A stretch of 64,000 nt of DNA from Candidatus Eiseniibacteriota bacterium (lineage in GTDB: Bacteria > Eisenbacteria > RBG-16-71-46 > CAIMUX01 > JAHJDP01): the NCBI GenBank assembly GCA_018831195.1, contig JAHJDP010000031.1, forward strand, positions 7,151 to 71,150, written 5' to 3'. Below, in pieces: positions 8,836-18,069 of this stretch. Position 1 is the stretch's first letter. Every line of letters starts with the position of its first letter. The notes under the pieces are model-generated. The model worked only from the letters and a program-made list of their open reading frames with translations, was not told where the DNA came from and did not search any database. A program made the position numbers and the translations under genes.

Positions 8836-9330
8836 GTGAATTTGCCAAAACTCAGCCTGCTCATGCTGCCGGTGTGTCTCTTGGCCCTGTCCGCCTGTGG
8901 CGGATCGAGGGAAAATTCGGCGAACCGGCCGGAAAAAAGCGGGCCGATTGAGCAGGCCCATACCGCCCCCATACTTATCTTCACATGGACCGGGGGCGTG
9001 GCCGGATTCCAGAGATCGCTCGAGCTTTACACCGATGGACAAGCACGCGCCGGCGACAAAGTGATGGAGAGCTCCGGGCGCATGCAGATGGAGACCAAGG
9101 TTCTCACCTCTTTCATCGATTCGGTGAGCGCCGTTGTGAAACCTGCAAATGGACCATTCAACTCAAAGGCTTTCGATGATTTTCATTTTGTGATCGACTT
9201 CCATCCCGATAAGGATCGCGGGAACATTCATGTCGAGGGCGACGGATCGGCGTTTCCCGAAAATTACCAGCCGATTCTGCGCCGGCTCATGGAATGGACC
9301 TATCAAGCCTTGGAGAATGCGAAGAAGTAG
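8836..9330 (+). CDS. Hypothetical lipoprotein
   Basis: GTG start with RBS GAGGAGGGA; signal peptide with lipobox LALSAC. Confidence 0.7.
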   Translation: MNLPKLSLLMLPVCLLALSACGGSRENSANRPEKSGPIEQAHTAPILIFTWTGGVAGFQRSLELYTDGQARAGDKVMESSGRMQMETKVLTSFIDSVSAVVKPANGPFNSKAFDDFHFVIDFHPDKDRGNIHVEGDGSAFPENYQPILRRLMEWTYQALENAKK

Positions 9331-9362
9331 AAAGATCTACTGGGATTCAGAGAAGCCCACGG

Positions 9363-10454
9363 TTATGGCTGCGTGGGCGCCCACAATGACTCGCGCCGGT
9401 AGAGCTGGCGCAGCGCCCCTTCACCCAGGCACCGCAGGGACGTCGCCCGCAATAGCCGGCGGACTTCCCCGCGCCCTATTTTGACCTTCGCTTCCAACAC
9501 CTCGGGATTGTCCCAAGCCCGTTTGAGTGTTGAGAGGGCGAGAAAAAGGGGCCAAAGGCAGAAAAGACGGATGCGGGGAGCCGAGCGCGGAATGAGAAGA
9601 GTGAATTCCAGCGCACCCTCAAGATGATCCAGCGATTTCCTGATCAAATCTTTCACAATTTCCAAAGAGGATTCCCGCGCCGCGGGATCGAGCAGGCACT
9701 CCACGGCCAAGCCGTGAAAAGAGGCCAGGGAGCGGGGCACATAGGACCACCCCCGTGCCCGGTCGGCGACAATATCTTGGACAATATTTGTATACTGGAG
9801 GCCGAGGCTGAAGTGAAAGGCCGTCCGCTCCAACCCCCGGCGCCGATCCCCATCCGTCAAACCCAATTGCGCACAGAAGAGCTGCTGTAAGAAACGGCCG
9901 ACCGTTCCCGCAACACAATCTGCATATTGTACAAGCTCGTTCTCGTTGTCCAGCGCGCCGATCAGAGGCCGGCAGACGACCGGCATCGCGGGGTCGATCA
10001 CCATAACTTCGCGGGAGATAGTGGCCGCCATGCCGCGCGACATCTCACCGACACATCCGGCGATGAGTTTCTTTTGTTCCGAAGGCAGCCGGTTGACGGA
10101 CAGAATCACGCGGGCTGATTCGACGGCAAGCGACCAACTCTGACGGGTCTCTTCGTCCGCCTCAACAAATCGGGATTGTGAAGCGAGAGCCCGCAGCTTC
10201 TCATCCAACAAAGCGCTCACCTCGGGATCCCACGACCCGCAGAGCGCCTCCACCGCATCGGCGTATTGTTTAAGCGCCTCAACTCGAAGCGGGGCGGGAA
10301 TCGATGTATCGTCTTCGATCGTGTCGGCGATCCGGCAGAGGAGATAGGCCAGCAGTACCGGGCGACCCAGGGCAGGCGGCAGAACACGGATCGCCATGGC
10401 AAAGGTCCGCGAGACCCGGGGCAGCATCCGCTTGCAGAATTTTAAATCGCTCAC
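9363..10454 (-). CDS. Squalene synthase (farnesyl-diphosphate farnesyltransferase), eukaryote-like type
   Basis: VSRTFA, YLLCRIADTIEDD (DxxxD), YADCVAGTVG, GLQYTNIVQDI motifs align with FDFT1/Sqs family; GTG start overlapping downstream stop. Confidence 0.8.
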   Translation of the reverse strand: MSDLKFCKRMLPRVSRTFAMAIRVLPPALGRPVLLAYLLCRIADTIEDDTSIPAPLRVEALKQYADAVEALCGSWDPEVSALLDEKLRALASQSRFVEADEETRQSWSLAVESARVILSVNRLPSEQKKLIAGCVGEMSRGMAATISREVMVIDPAMPVVCRPLIGALDNENELVQYADCVAGTVGRFLQQLFCAQLGLTDGDRRRGLERTAFHFSLGLQYTNIVQDIVADRARGWSYVPRSLASFHGLAVECLLDPAARESSLEIVKDLIRKSLDHLEGALEFTLLIPRSAPRIRLFCLWPLFLALSTLKRAWDNPEVLEAKVKIGRGEVRRLLRATSLRCLGEGALRQLYRRESLWAPTQP

Positions 10455-11917
10455 GTCGCCGCTCCGCTTCCGCGCGTTTCCGCTCGTTTCCGGCCGCGCT
10501 CATAGAGAATCAATGCGGAAATGATAAAGAGCGCTGTTCCGCCGGCAACTTTAATAAGGTGCAAGCTCGGATTCGCGCTTCCTCCCGGCGGAAGAATCGC
10601 CAGGATCATGGCGAGGGTTACGGCGGCGAAACCCAGCAATCCGCAAAACCAGACACCGAGACGACCGCCGGGCAAATCCAGAACCTTTGAACTTCCCCCC
10701 ATCCCGCGGATCCCTTTATCCAAGCGGATCAGCGCGATAAACATGTATAAGTAGGGGATGAAGTAGACAAGGAGCGTTGTGTCGACGAGCACCATATAGA
10801 TTTCCTGCGGACCGGCGCCGAGAGATCCGGCAATGATAAAGAAGGAGGCGAGGATACCCTGAAAGAGCAGGGCGACATGCGGGGAACCCCAGCGGGGGTG
10901 CACACGTCCCAGGGATTCCGGGAGATACTTCTCAAGCCCGGCGACAAAGAGGATACGGGCTGAACCGCCCAGCCAGGCGCCGACGCCACCGATGCCGCCC
11001 AAAGTCATGAGAAGGGCGACCGCTCCGCCGAGCCCCGGCGCGCCGACTTTGGCGCCGACCGAGGCGATCGCCTGCAGCACACCGGTGATGATACTGATTT
11101 CTGAACCGGGGACGGCAACCAGGATCGCCGCTGTTCCGAGAATGTAGATCAGGGTAATAATGATCCCCGAAACAATCATAGCCCGGTGCAGATTGCGGCG
11201 GGGATTTTTGATTTCTCCCCCAAGGACCGCGGCCAGCTCCAATCCGGCAAAGGCAAAGCAGATCTCGGCAAAGAAGGAGATTGTATCGCGGCTACCCAAA
11301 TCCGGTAGAACATTCTTGAGGGTGATCGTATTCGCCGGGCCATATTTCACCCAGGCGAGAAATCCGAGCACGACCAGCAGCAGGGCGGGGATCCATGCCG
11401 CCAACCCGCCCAAATTGTGTATCCAGCGCCCCGTCTTCAGGCCGAGAATGTTCGCCCCCAGGGCGATCCAGAGAACGGCGAGTGAGAAGAGAACAACATA
11501 GAGTGTGCTGCCCTCGAGCGGCCGGGTCGCATCCCCCCCGATAAATGAAGCGAAGCCGGCGAGGGCGACCAGCAGGGTCGGATAATAGATAATGTTGTTG
11601 GCCCAATAGCACCATCCGGCGATAAACCCATGGCGCGGGCCGAAGGCCCGCTGCGACCAAACATAGACGCCGCCTTCTTCGGGTATCGCGGAGCCGAGAC
11701 GCGCAACGGCCATTCCCTGCGGAATAAAGAAAGCGATCAGCGCCAAAACCCAAAGAGAGAGAGAGGAAGGTCCTCCGGCGGCGGCGAGGGCGACCCATCG
11801 TAATCCGACAATCGCAACGATGTTGAAGAGGACCAGATCTCTAAAGCCCATGACACGACGGAGTTCACCCATCCTGACCTCTCCCGGTTTCATTATCTGG
11901 CCTCTGGCGGTCCGCAC
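10451..11917 (-). CDS. APC-family amino acid permease
   Basis: 12 predicted TM helices, typical APC N-terminal motifs (GxGxF-like VGLRWVALAAAGGP); overlaps sqs start by 4 nt. Confidence 0.8.
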   Translation of the reverse strand: MRTARGQIMKPGEVRMGELRRVMGFRDLVLFNIVAIVGLRWVALAAAGGPSSLSLWVLALIAFFIPQGMAVARLGSAIPEEGGVYVWSQRAFGPRHGFIAGWCYWANNIIYYPTLLVALAGFASFIGGDATRPLEGSTLYVVLFSLAVLWIALGANILGLKTGRWIHNLGGLAAWIPALLLVVLGFLAWVKYGPANTITLKNVLPDLGSRDTISFFAEICFAFAGLELAAVLGGEIKNPRRNLHRAMIVSGIIITLIYILGTAAILVAVPGSEISIITGVLQAIASVGAKVGAPGLGGAVALLMTLGGIGGVGAWLGGSARILFVAGLEKYLPESLGRVHPRWGSPHVALLFQGILASFFIIAGSLGAGPQEIYMVLVDTTLLVYFIPYLYMFIALIRLDKGIRGMGGSSKVLDLPGGRLGVWFCGLLGFAAVTLAMILAILPPGGSANPSLHLIKVAGGTALFIISALILYERGRKRAETRGSGAAT

Positions 11918-12219
11918 AGATTTGGATGCCCCGATACTAGGTCAAGAAATGATCCCGCGAAACAGCCGCGGGACCGCCCCGAAACGATTTTCACCTCATC
12001 GGCGGCGCCATTATCCGCAACAAGAAAATCACCTCTTCAGCGATGGGCAAACCGACCGAAAGGTTCTTGTGGAGACCCTAGAAAACCGTCTATTATGGTG
12101 GCGCAGATGCGCCCTCAGGGGCCAGACATGACAGCGGCTAAACGCCAGCTGGAGCCGGGTATCCCCTTTCACTTCCGGCAAGTAGCTGGAGCCAATCGGT
12201 ATTGCACCTGGAGGTCCCC

Positions 12220-13395
12220 ATGAGGATTCCCACCCATCTGAGGCCATTCTACGCCGCCCTGATCTTGATACTCCTCTTTCTCTTCCCACCCTCTCACGCC
12301 ACCGCCGATGGAGACGCCCGGGGGAAAATCGCCGTTATCGAAGATGCTGCGATGCTGCATGCCTTCAGCACGGAGACGGGACATTGGTCATCCCTCAACT
12401 ACAGCGGAAGCGTGATGACCCATCTTCTCAGCGACTATCTGGGTCTCTTCATAACGGATGAGAATGTTTATGCCTACAATCCGATCAGTAATAACTGGGT
12501 GCCCCACCACTATCTTGGAAACCTCCTGGGATGGGATCTCAAGTCGGCCACCGCGGTCTGCTGGACGGCGAACAACTGCTTTGCCGTCGCAACGATTTGG
12601 GCTCAATGGAATGTCGAGCCGATGTCCTATCGAGAGCGGGTGATCGGAGCCGGTTCGGCCGGCAATTTCGCTCTTGTGTGGACAAATGTGCGCGCCTTGG
12701 CCTACAGCTCGGGAACAGGCGCTTGGGTTACGATCCAACTGCCGGAAAGAGCGGTTGGCGGGCTTGCCTCCGACGGATTGGGGCTTGTTTGGACCGATGC
12801 CAGTGTCTATGCCTTTGACGCGACGCCCCCCGGCGCTTGGATACCGCTTGGTCTGGAGGGGGTTCAAGGGATCAGCGCCGCGGGATCGGGGGAAATCGGT
12901 TTGATCTGGGGTGACAATGAGGCCCTGGCCTACAGCGGCGTCCTGAACGATTGGTTTAACATAAATAGCGATCAGTCGTTTCTTGGAGGCGTCGCCGGCG
13001 GCGAGGTCGGGTTGATCTGGACCGAGACAAAGGCTTTCGGCTTCAATGCATGGACCGGTCAATGGGTGAGTCTCTCTCTGCAACCAGAGACATCCGGCGT
13101 GGAGGAGCCATCGCAAAGCTCATCGGACCAATTCAGGATCTCTCCGAACCCCTGCGCGGGCCCCACCATGAGCTTCCAGCTTCCCGGTGATTCATCCTGG
13201 AGATTGGATATTGTTGATGTCACCGGACGCCGTGTTCGACGGTTTGATTCTTCAGAACTCTCTCCGGGCGCCTCGTTGGAATGGAATCGCACCGATGAAG
13301 AGGGCCGGTCGTTGCAAGCCGGTGTCTACTGGGTTCAGGCGAGATCAGAGAACCGCGAGGAAGTCCGGCGGATTGTTCTTCTGCCGCCGCAATAG
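12220..13395 (+). CDS. Secreted protein with seven tandem 38-residue repeats and a T9SS-type C-terminal sorting domain
   Basis: RBS GGAGGT; signal peptide; repeats with consensus GLIWTDxxAYAYxxxTGxWV at strict 38-aa period x7; C-terminus SPNPCAG..RLDIVDVTGRRV..WNRTDEEGRSLQAGVYWVQAR..RRIVLL matches the T9SS C-terminal-domain / Por_Secre_tail pattern. Confidence 0.75.
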   Translation: MRIPTHLRPFYAALILILLFLFPPSHATADGDARGKIAVIEDAAMLHAFSTETGHWSSLNYSGSVMTHLLSDYLGLFITDENVYAYNPISNNWVPHHYLGNLLGWDLKSATAVCWTANNCFAVATIWAQWNVEPMSYRERVIGAGSAGNFALVWTNVRALAYSSGTGAWVTIQLPERAVGGLASDGLGLVWTDASVYAFDATPPGAWIPLGLEGVQGISAAGSGEIGLIWGDNEALAYSGVLNDWFNINSDQSFLGGVAGGEVGLIWTETKAFGFNAWTGQWVSLSLQPETSGVEEPSQSSSDQFRISPNPCAGPTMSFQLPGDSSWRLDIVDVTGRRVRRFDSSELSPGASLEWNRTDEEGRSLQAGVYWVQARSENREEVRRIVLLPPQ

Positions 13396-13416
13396 CCTGC
13401 ATTCTTGCATGCCAAA

Positions 13417-13441
13417 CGCCCGGACTCACAGAACCCGGGCG
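13417..13441. terminator. Hairpin CGCCCGG-N11-CCGGGCG between convergent genes (weak T-tract on either side)
   Basis: Seen directly; near-copy of the hairpin at 14450..14476. Confidence 0.3.
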
Positions 13442-13495
13442 CCGGCTTGACATCTTTGTTGTCGCACTCTTTTTTGTTAAACGCTCCCCAGATGC

Positions 13496-14254
13496 TTATT
13501 CGTAGAGTCTCTTGATCTGACCCCACGTGCTTTCCCGTGTGGGCGTCGGCTCGTTACAAAGGGCGTTAAAGAAGGTCACGGTTTCGGTCTCCCCCCATTC
13601 GAGATTGATAATCTGTGATTCGGGGTAGATCGGCTCCCAATCCGGCGGCATGATTTCCGATACTATATATTCACCGAGAAGGAGACCCTCCCAGCAGAAG
13701 CGACCGGAGTTGTCCGTCATCCGGCAAAATTGATCGCCATAGGGAGTCTCGATACAGACCCACCAGCCGGGAATAGGAAGATCCACATCGGTCAGGATTT
13801 CATTGCAATCGGTATCTTCATACTTCTCGGCGCAGATCGTTCCCGTGCCATTACAAACATAAAAGGTCACTTCGGCAATCGCCTCATCGCCCGCCTCAAA
13901 TGACCAGTATTCCAGACGGATCCAATATTTCCCGTCGAGGAGACTGTTTGGAACCGTCCAATACCGAGTGATGCTCATGCCGGTGGCGCCTGGATAGGTT
14001 TCCGTATCGAGGAGAATTGTCTGTGTGGGATCCCACAATTCAAAGAGCACATAGTTCGGAGTCGTGGAATAGGTTATCTCCCATGAAATCTCAACCTGGC
14101 CGCCCGGATTCTCGACGCAAAAGGGTGGTTCCGGCTCTCGTCCCAGATTGATCGTTGCCTCGGATATGTCCGCCAGAAGCGGTGTCGCCATGATGGCCGC
14201 GAGGACCAAAACCAAGAGAACCTTCAATGCTATCATGTTGCCGTTCAATTTCAT
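13496..14254 (-). CDS. Secreted Cys-rich protein, tandem paralog 1, ending ...EPTPTRESTWGQIKRLYE
   Basis: RBS AAGGGAGGAG before MKLNGN; signal peptide ending LLAD; ~70% identical to the next gene. Confidence 0.75.
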   Translation of the reverse strand: MKLNGNMIALKVLLVLVLAAIMATPLLADISEATINLGREPEPPFCVENPGGQVEISWEITYSTTPNYVLFELWDPTQTILLDTETYPGATGMSITRYWTVPNSLLDGKYWIRLEYWSFEAGDEAIAEVTFYVCNGTGTICAEKYEDTDCNEILTDVDLPIPGWWVCIETPYGDQFCRMTDNSGRFCWEGLLLGEYIVSEIMPPDWEPIYPESQIINLEWGETETVTFFNALCNEPTPTRESTWGQIKRLYE

Positions 14255-14431
14255 CGATGCTCCTCCCTTCATATAGATTAGGTATCGACGCTGCTTCATC
14301 GTCCCTGCATCAAATCCATGCTTCGAAATATACTTATTTATGAAATAACTAATAATAATATCACTAATTGAGATCGGATATCAAGTCTATTTGGAGGGCC
14401 CGGCGAGTTTAATGCGGATCAGGTTAAGGCT

Positions 14432-14477
14432 TAAAAAAAGGACGGAAAACGCCCGGGTTCTCACCAAACCCGGGCGC
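14432..14477 (-). terminator. Rho-independent terminator (minus strand) after paralog 2: stem GCGCCCGGGTT/AACCCGGGCG then TTTTCCGTCCTTTTTTT
   Basis: Seen directly: 9-10 bp GC stem, 7-nt loop, U-run. Confidence 0.7.
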
Positions 14478-14503
14478 AATCTCATGCCAGCTGCGGATAA
14501 AAC

Positions 14504-15262
14504 CTATTCGTAGATTCTCTTGATCTGGCCCCATGTGCTTTCACGAGTTGGTGTTGGCTCAGGGCACATGCTGTTGAAGAAGGTGATGGTGATCGACTCA
14601 CCCCACTCAAGATCAACAAGCTGAGATATGGGATAAATAGGCACCCAGTCGGGCTGCATGACCTCAAAAACCGTGTATTGACCGAGCTGGAGACCATCCC
14701 AACAGGCGATTCCGTATTGATCGGTTTGCTGACAGTACTGATCGCCATAGGGGGTTTCCAAGCAAACCCACCAACCCTGGATGGGGAGATCGGCCCTATT
14801 CAGAATGCCGTCGCAATCGGTATCATCCCACTTCTCAGCGCAGATGCTGCCGGTACCATTACAAACGTAGAAAGAGACTTCGGCATTGGCTTCATTGCCG
14901 GCCTCGTATGACCAAAACTCGATTCGGATCCAATATTTCCCATCAACAAGCCCATTCGGGACAACCCAACTCCGCATGATGTTCACACCCGTTGCGCCGG
15001 GATAGGTTTCGGTTTCAAGCAGAACCGTCATGGTGGGATCCCAAAGCTCATAGAGGACAAAATTCGGTGTCGTCTCGTATGTGACGAACCAGTTGATATC
15101 GAGTGTTCCCCCTGGATTTTCAACGCAGTACGGCGGTTCAGGCTCCCGTCCCAGGTTGATTGTGGCTTCCATCGGATCAGCCAGGACTGGAACGATCAAA
15201 GTGATGGCTAATGTTAAAGCCAAACAAACGGTGAGGATTGAACGGCTGGCGTGAGTCTTCAT
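14504..15262 (-). CDS. Secreted Cys-rich protein, tandem paralog 2, ending ...EPTPTRESTWGQIKRIYE
   Basis: RBS GGGAGGGG before MKTHAS; signal peptide ending VLAD; shares CVENPGG, CNGTG-IC-AEK, WWVC-ETPYGDQ-C motifs with paralog 1. Confidence 0.75.
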   Translation of the reverse strand: MKTHASRSILTVCLALTLAITLIVPVLADPMEATINLGREPEPPYCVENPGGTLDINWFVTYETTPNFVLYELWDPTMTVLLETETYPGATGVNIMRSWVVPNGLVDGKYWIRIEFWSYEAGNEANAEVSFYVCNGTGSICAEKWDDTDCDGILNRADLPIQGWWVCLETPYGDQYCQQTDQYGIACWDGLQLGQYTVFEVMQPDWVPIYPISQLVDLEWGESITITFFNSMCPEPTPTRESTWGQIKRIYE

Positions 15263-15489
15263 CGATGCCCCTCCCACTGTGGCCGGATGCCGACCAAAGT
15301 ATGTCTTCCCTGCATCACGTTGCGGGTCCTAAATAGACCCATTCCTACAATCACACTGGATGATATCAGCCAATGGAGCGAATTACAAGTGTATTTTTGC
15401 TTGAGACGCCCAGAAAAAGAAGACTCGCAATTCCTTGTCCACGTTGGAGTTGGAATTCATGGCCGAGGAGAAACCCTTGATTTGAATGT

Positions 15490-15936
15490 TTACGGCCTGT
15501 TCTCTGGGGGCGGCGGGCCGATTTGGGTGCCAATGCCGACACCGGGAAATCCGGTGTCTCTCACGATATCGAGTATCCAGACAACCTCTCCATGGCGGAC
15601 CCCCGCCTCGGCCTTAATCATCACCCGGCTCTGGGGATCGGCCGCCAGGATCTCGAGCAAGCGTCCCTTGAGTTGGGGCATGGGCGTCTCCTCGCCATCG
15701 AGAATAAGACGGCCGCTTTCGGTCATGATGACCTCGACCTCATGCGCCAGCTCCCCCTCCAACGCCGGCGTCGACGTGGTCGAGCGCGGCAATTGAAGTT
15801 CGAGCTCACCCACCCGTTTGAAGGTCCCGGTCACAGCAAAGAAAATGATCAATAGGAAAAGAACATCGATCAATGGTGTCACATTGAGGGTGATCTGCTT
15901 GCGCTCTTTTCCGATCCGGAAGGAGATGGCGCTCAT
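15490..15936 (-). CDS. exbD: ExbD/TolR biopolymer transport protein
   Basis: NVTPLIDVLFLLIIFF TM motif typical of ExbD. Confidence 0.85.
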   Translation of the reverse strand: MSAISFRIGKERKQITLNVTPLIDVLFLLIIFFAVTGTFKRVGELELQLPRSTTSTPALEGELAHEVEVIMTESGRLILDGEETPMPQLKGRLLEILAADPQSRVMIKAEAGVRHGEVVWILDIVRDTGFPGVGIGTQIGPPPPENRP

Positions 15937-16601
15937 CGGTCCACCTCCCTTGATGAGGTCGCGGATGACGTCATCGATGCGGCCGCCGGTGAGGCCGGGT
16001 GGTTCAAACGAAGTTGAGCCACCAGATGCCCGGCATAGGCTTCTATTTCGGCGACGAGGGTTTCGGATTTTGAGGCGAGGACATTGTAAGTGATAAGGGA
16101 GGGAATGCCGATTCCCAGCCCGATGGCCGTCGTGACAATCGCCTCGCTGATGCCGCCGGAAAGGGCCTGCGGATCACCCAGACCGGAGAGAGAGATCGAG
16201 GCGAACATCTTTATCATTCCCAGCACCGTTCCAAGCAGGCCGAGCAACGGCGCCGCCTGCGCGATTGTTTGTAACCAGACAAGATGCCGTTCCAACACGG
16301 CTGTCTTTTGACGGCCCATATCGACCAGCATGTCGCGCATGATTTCCCATGGTTCATGGGCGTATTCGAGTCCGACGAGGATCACATCCGAAAAGACACC
16401 CGGGTTACGCCGGCAGACTTCAATCGCAAGATCCAGCTCACGGTTGGGACGAACCGCTTCAACCACCTCGATGATTTCGCGGGGCAGCACGCGGCTCCGT
16501 CTCAGGGCCAGTATCCGCTCGATCGCAATCGTGGTCGCAACAATGCTGCAGAGCGCCAGCGGGTAAATGAGGGGTCCGGCCTTTTGCAGGAACTCAAACA
16601 T
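15933..16601 (-). CDS. exbB: ExbB/TolQ/MotA-family proton channel
   Basis: Three TM helices, GLLGTVLGMI motif; 4-nt overlap with exbD. Confidence 0.85.
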   Translation of the reverse strand: MFEFLQKAGPLIYPLALCSIVATTIAIERILALRRSRVLPREIIEVVEAVRPNRELDLAIEVCRRNPGVFSDVILVGLEYAHEPWEIMRDMLVDMGRQKTAVLERHLVWLQTIAQAAPLLGLLGTVLGMIKMFASISLSGLGDPQALSGGISEAIVTTAIGLGIGIPSLITYNVLASKSETLVAEIEAYAGHLVAQLRLNHPASPAAASMTSSATSSREVDR

Positions 16602-16626
16602 GAACAGGGTCTCCTTCCGGGTTCTT

Positions 16627-17790
16627 CTAACGCCGAGAGCGCGGGCGCCCCGTCTCTTGGCGCTGAGTCTCTGGTGGTAGCGCCTTGTAACTCATACGAA
16701 TTTGAAGGATCAGGGTCTTCTCTGGAAAATGGCTGGGAAGGGGGTCATAGGGGGCCGCCTTCCGGAGCGCGTCGACACTGGCCTCCCGAAGCGCTTGGTG
16801 GCCGTCCGCCGCGATGACATCACACCGGAGAAGCTCGCCGGTCAGCGCGATCTCAAGCTCGCAATCAGTATAACCATGTATCAAGCCGAGATGGTATCCG
16901 AGCGGGGCAATCCATTTTTGTATAACTTTGCGCCGAAACTGCTGCATCCAGTAACCATAGGCCCATTCAGTCGTATTGAGACTGATAATCCCCGAGAGAT
17001 CGGTATTCCCGCCGGGGCTCGACATCGCCTCTTGCGCGATATCGCTCATTCCAAGGGGCTGGATACGCCGTTGCGCTGAGTCGGAGGCGAGACCCTGCTC
17101 CAGGAAAGATTTCATGGGATGCTCCAGTCCCGCGCCTTTGGGAATCAGAAAAGAGCTTCCCGTTTCAGATGGTTCAGGCGTTTCTTTTATTTCCGGTGAT
17201 TCTATATTTTCAGCGGTAACCTCGGGTTCCGCGCCCTTATCTTCGGGCTTTTCCTCGGGCTTGACCGCCTCAGGCGCCGTGGCATCTTCCGGCCTTTCCG
17301 TCTCAGCCGTCATTCCCTGCGCCGTCCCCTGGTCCATCCTGATCTGCGGGGCGTCGGAGTAACCCTCCTGGCGCGGCAGCGCCCCGGCCTCTCCTCCGGG
17401 CAGGTCGTCCCGCGTGCGGCTCGTGACGTTGCTGAGATAATCGGCCCGCTCGGGAGGATCATCCGCCCGATCGGGTGGGAGTTCGGTGAAAAAGGTCGGC
17501 TCTTCCGGCGTCGGGGGTTGGGGGTCCGGTTCCGGCGCAAAGACGACCTGAATCGGCTCCGGCGCTTCCTTTTGTGCCAAGGCCGGTTCCACAAGATGCA
17601 GGAATTGAGCCGCGAGGAGAACTCCAAAATGGAGCATCAGCGTGAGGATAAAGGCAAAGATCCAGACACCCCGTCTTGACCGATGTTGCCCGAGTATCGG
17701 GGTTTGCGGCCCCGGTCCACCCGGCCTGGTCATCAGTGTCGCTTGGTGGGAAATATTCATCGAGTGTCTCGGTTTGCGGATCATCGGCAC
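16627..17790 (-). CDS. TonB-like energy transducer (N-terminal TM anchor, Pro/Glu-rich spacer, C-terminal TonB domain)
   Basis: TM VWIFAFILTLMLHFGVLLAA, long PEP/PEE-rich region, C-terminal domain with ...YPxxAxxxxxG pattern (KWIAPLGYHLGLIHGY...LRKAAPYDPLPSHF); start GTG 17790 or ATG 17784. Confidence 0.7.
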   Translation of the reverse strand: MPMIRKPRHSMNISHQATLMTRPGGPGPQTPILGQHRSRRGVWIFAFILTLMLHFGVLLAAQFLHLVEPALAQKEAPEPIQVVFAPEPDPQPPTPEEPTFFTELPPDRADDPPERADYLSNVTSRTRDDLPGGEAGALPRQEGYSDAPQIRMDQGTAQGMTAETERPEDATAPEAVKPEEKPEDKGAEPEVTAENIESPEIKETPEPSETGSSFLIPKGAGLEHPMKSFLEQGLASDSAQRRIQPLGMSDIAQEAMSSPGGNTDLSGIISLNTTEWAYGYWMQQFRRKVIQKWIAPLGYHLGLIHGYTDCELEIALTGELLRCDVIAADGHQALREASVDALRKAAPYDPLPSHFPEKTLILQIRMSYKALPPETQRQETGRPRSRR

Positions 17791-18069
17791 TTTCTACATT
17801 AGCCCGAGCGGCAGGTTCCCCTCAGGCATCCTACGATCAACATTCAAACCTAAAACAAGAGAGACTTTGCGGGGATAAAAGACGCTTCGTTCCTTAAACC
17901 ACCCTGTATCCCACACTCAGACCATCCCTAAATAGAGGCTTTCGTCCTCTCAGGGAATCTCCTCTGCTTGAGGCTTTCTCTCTATAGTGTTATTTTGACG
18001 TTGTCGTGGTGTGTTCCCCCCAAAAAAATGCCGATATTCTTTATGGGTGCCGGTCAATCCCATGAGGAG

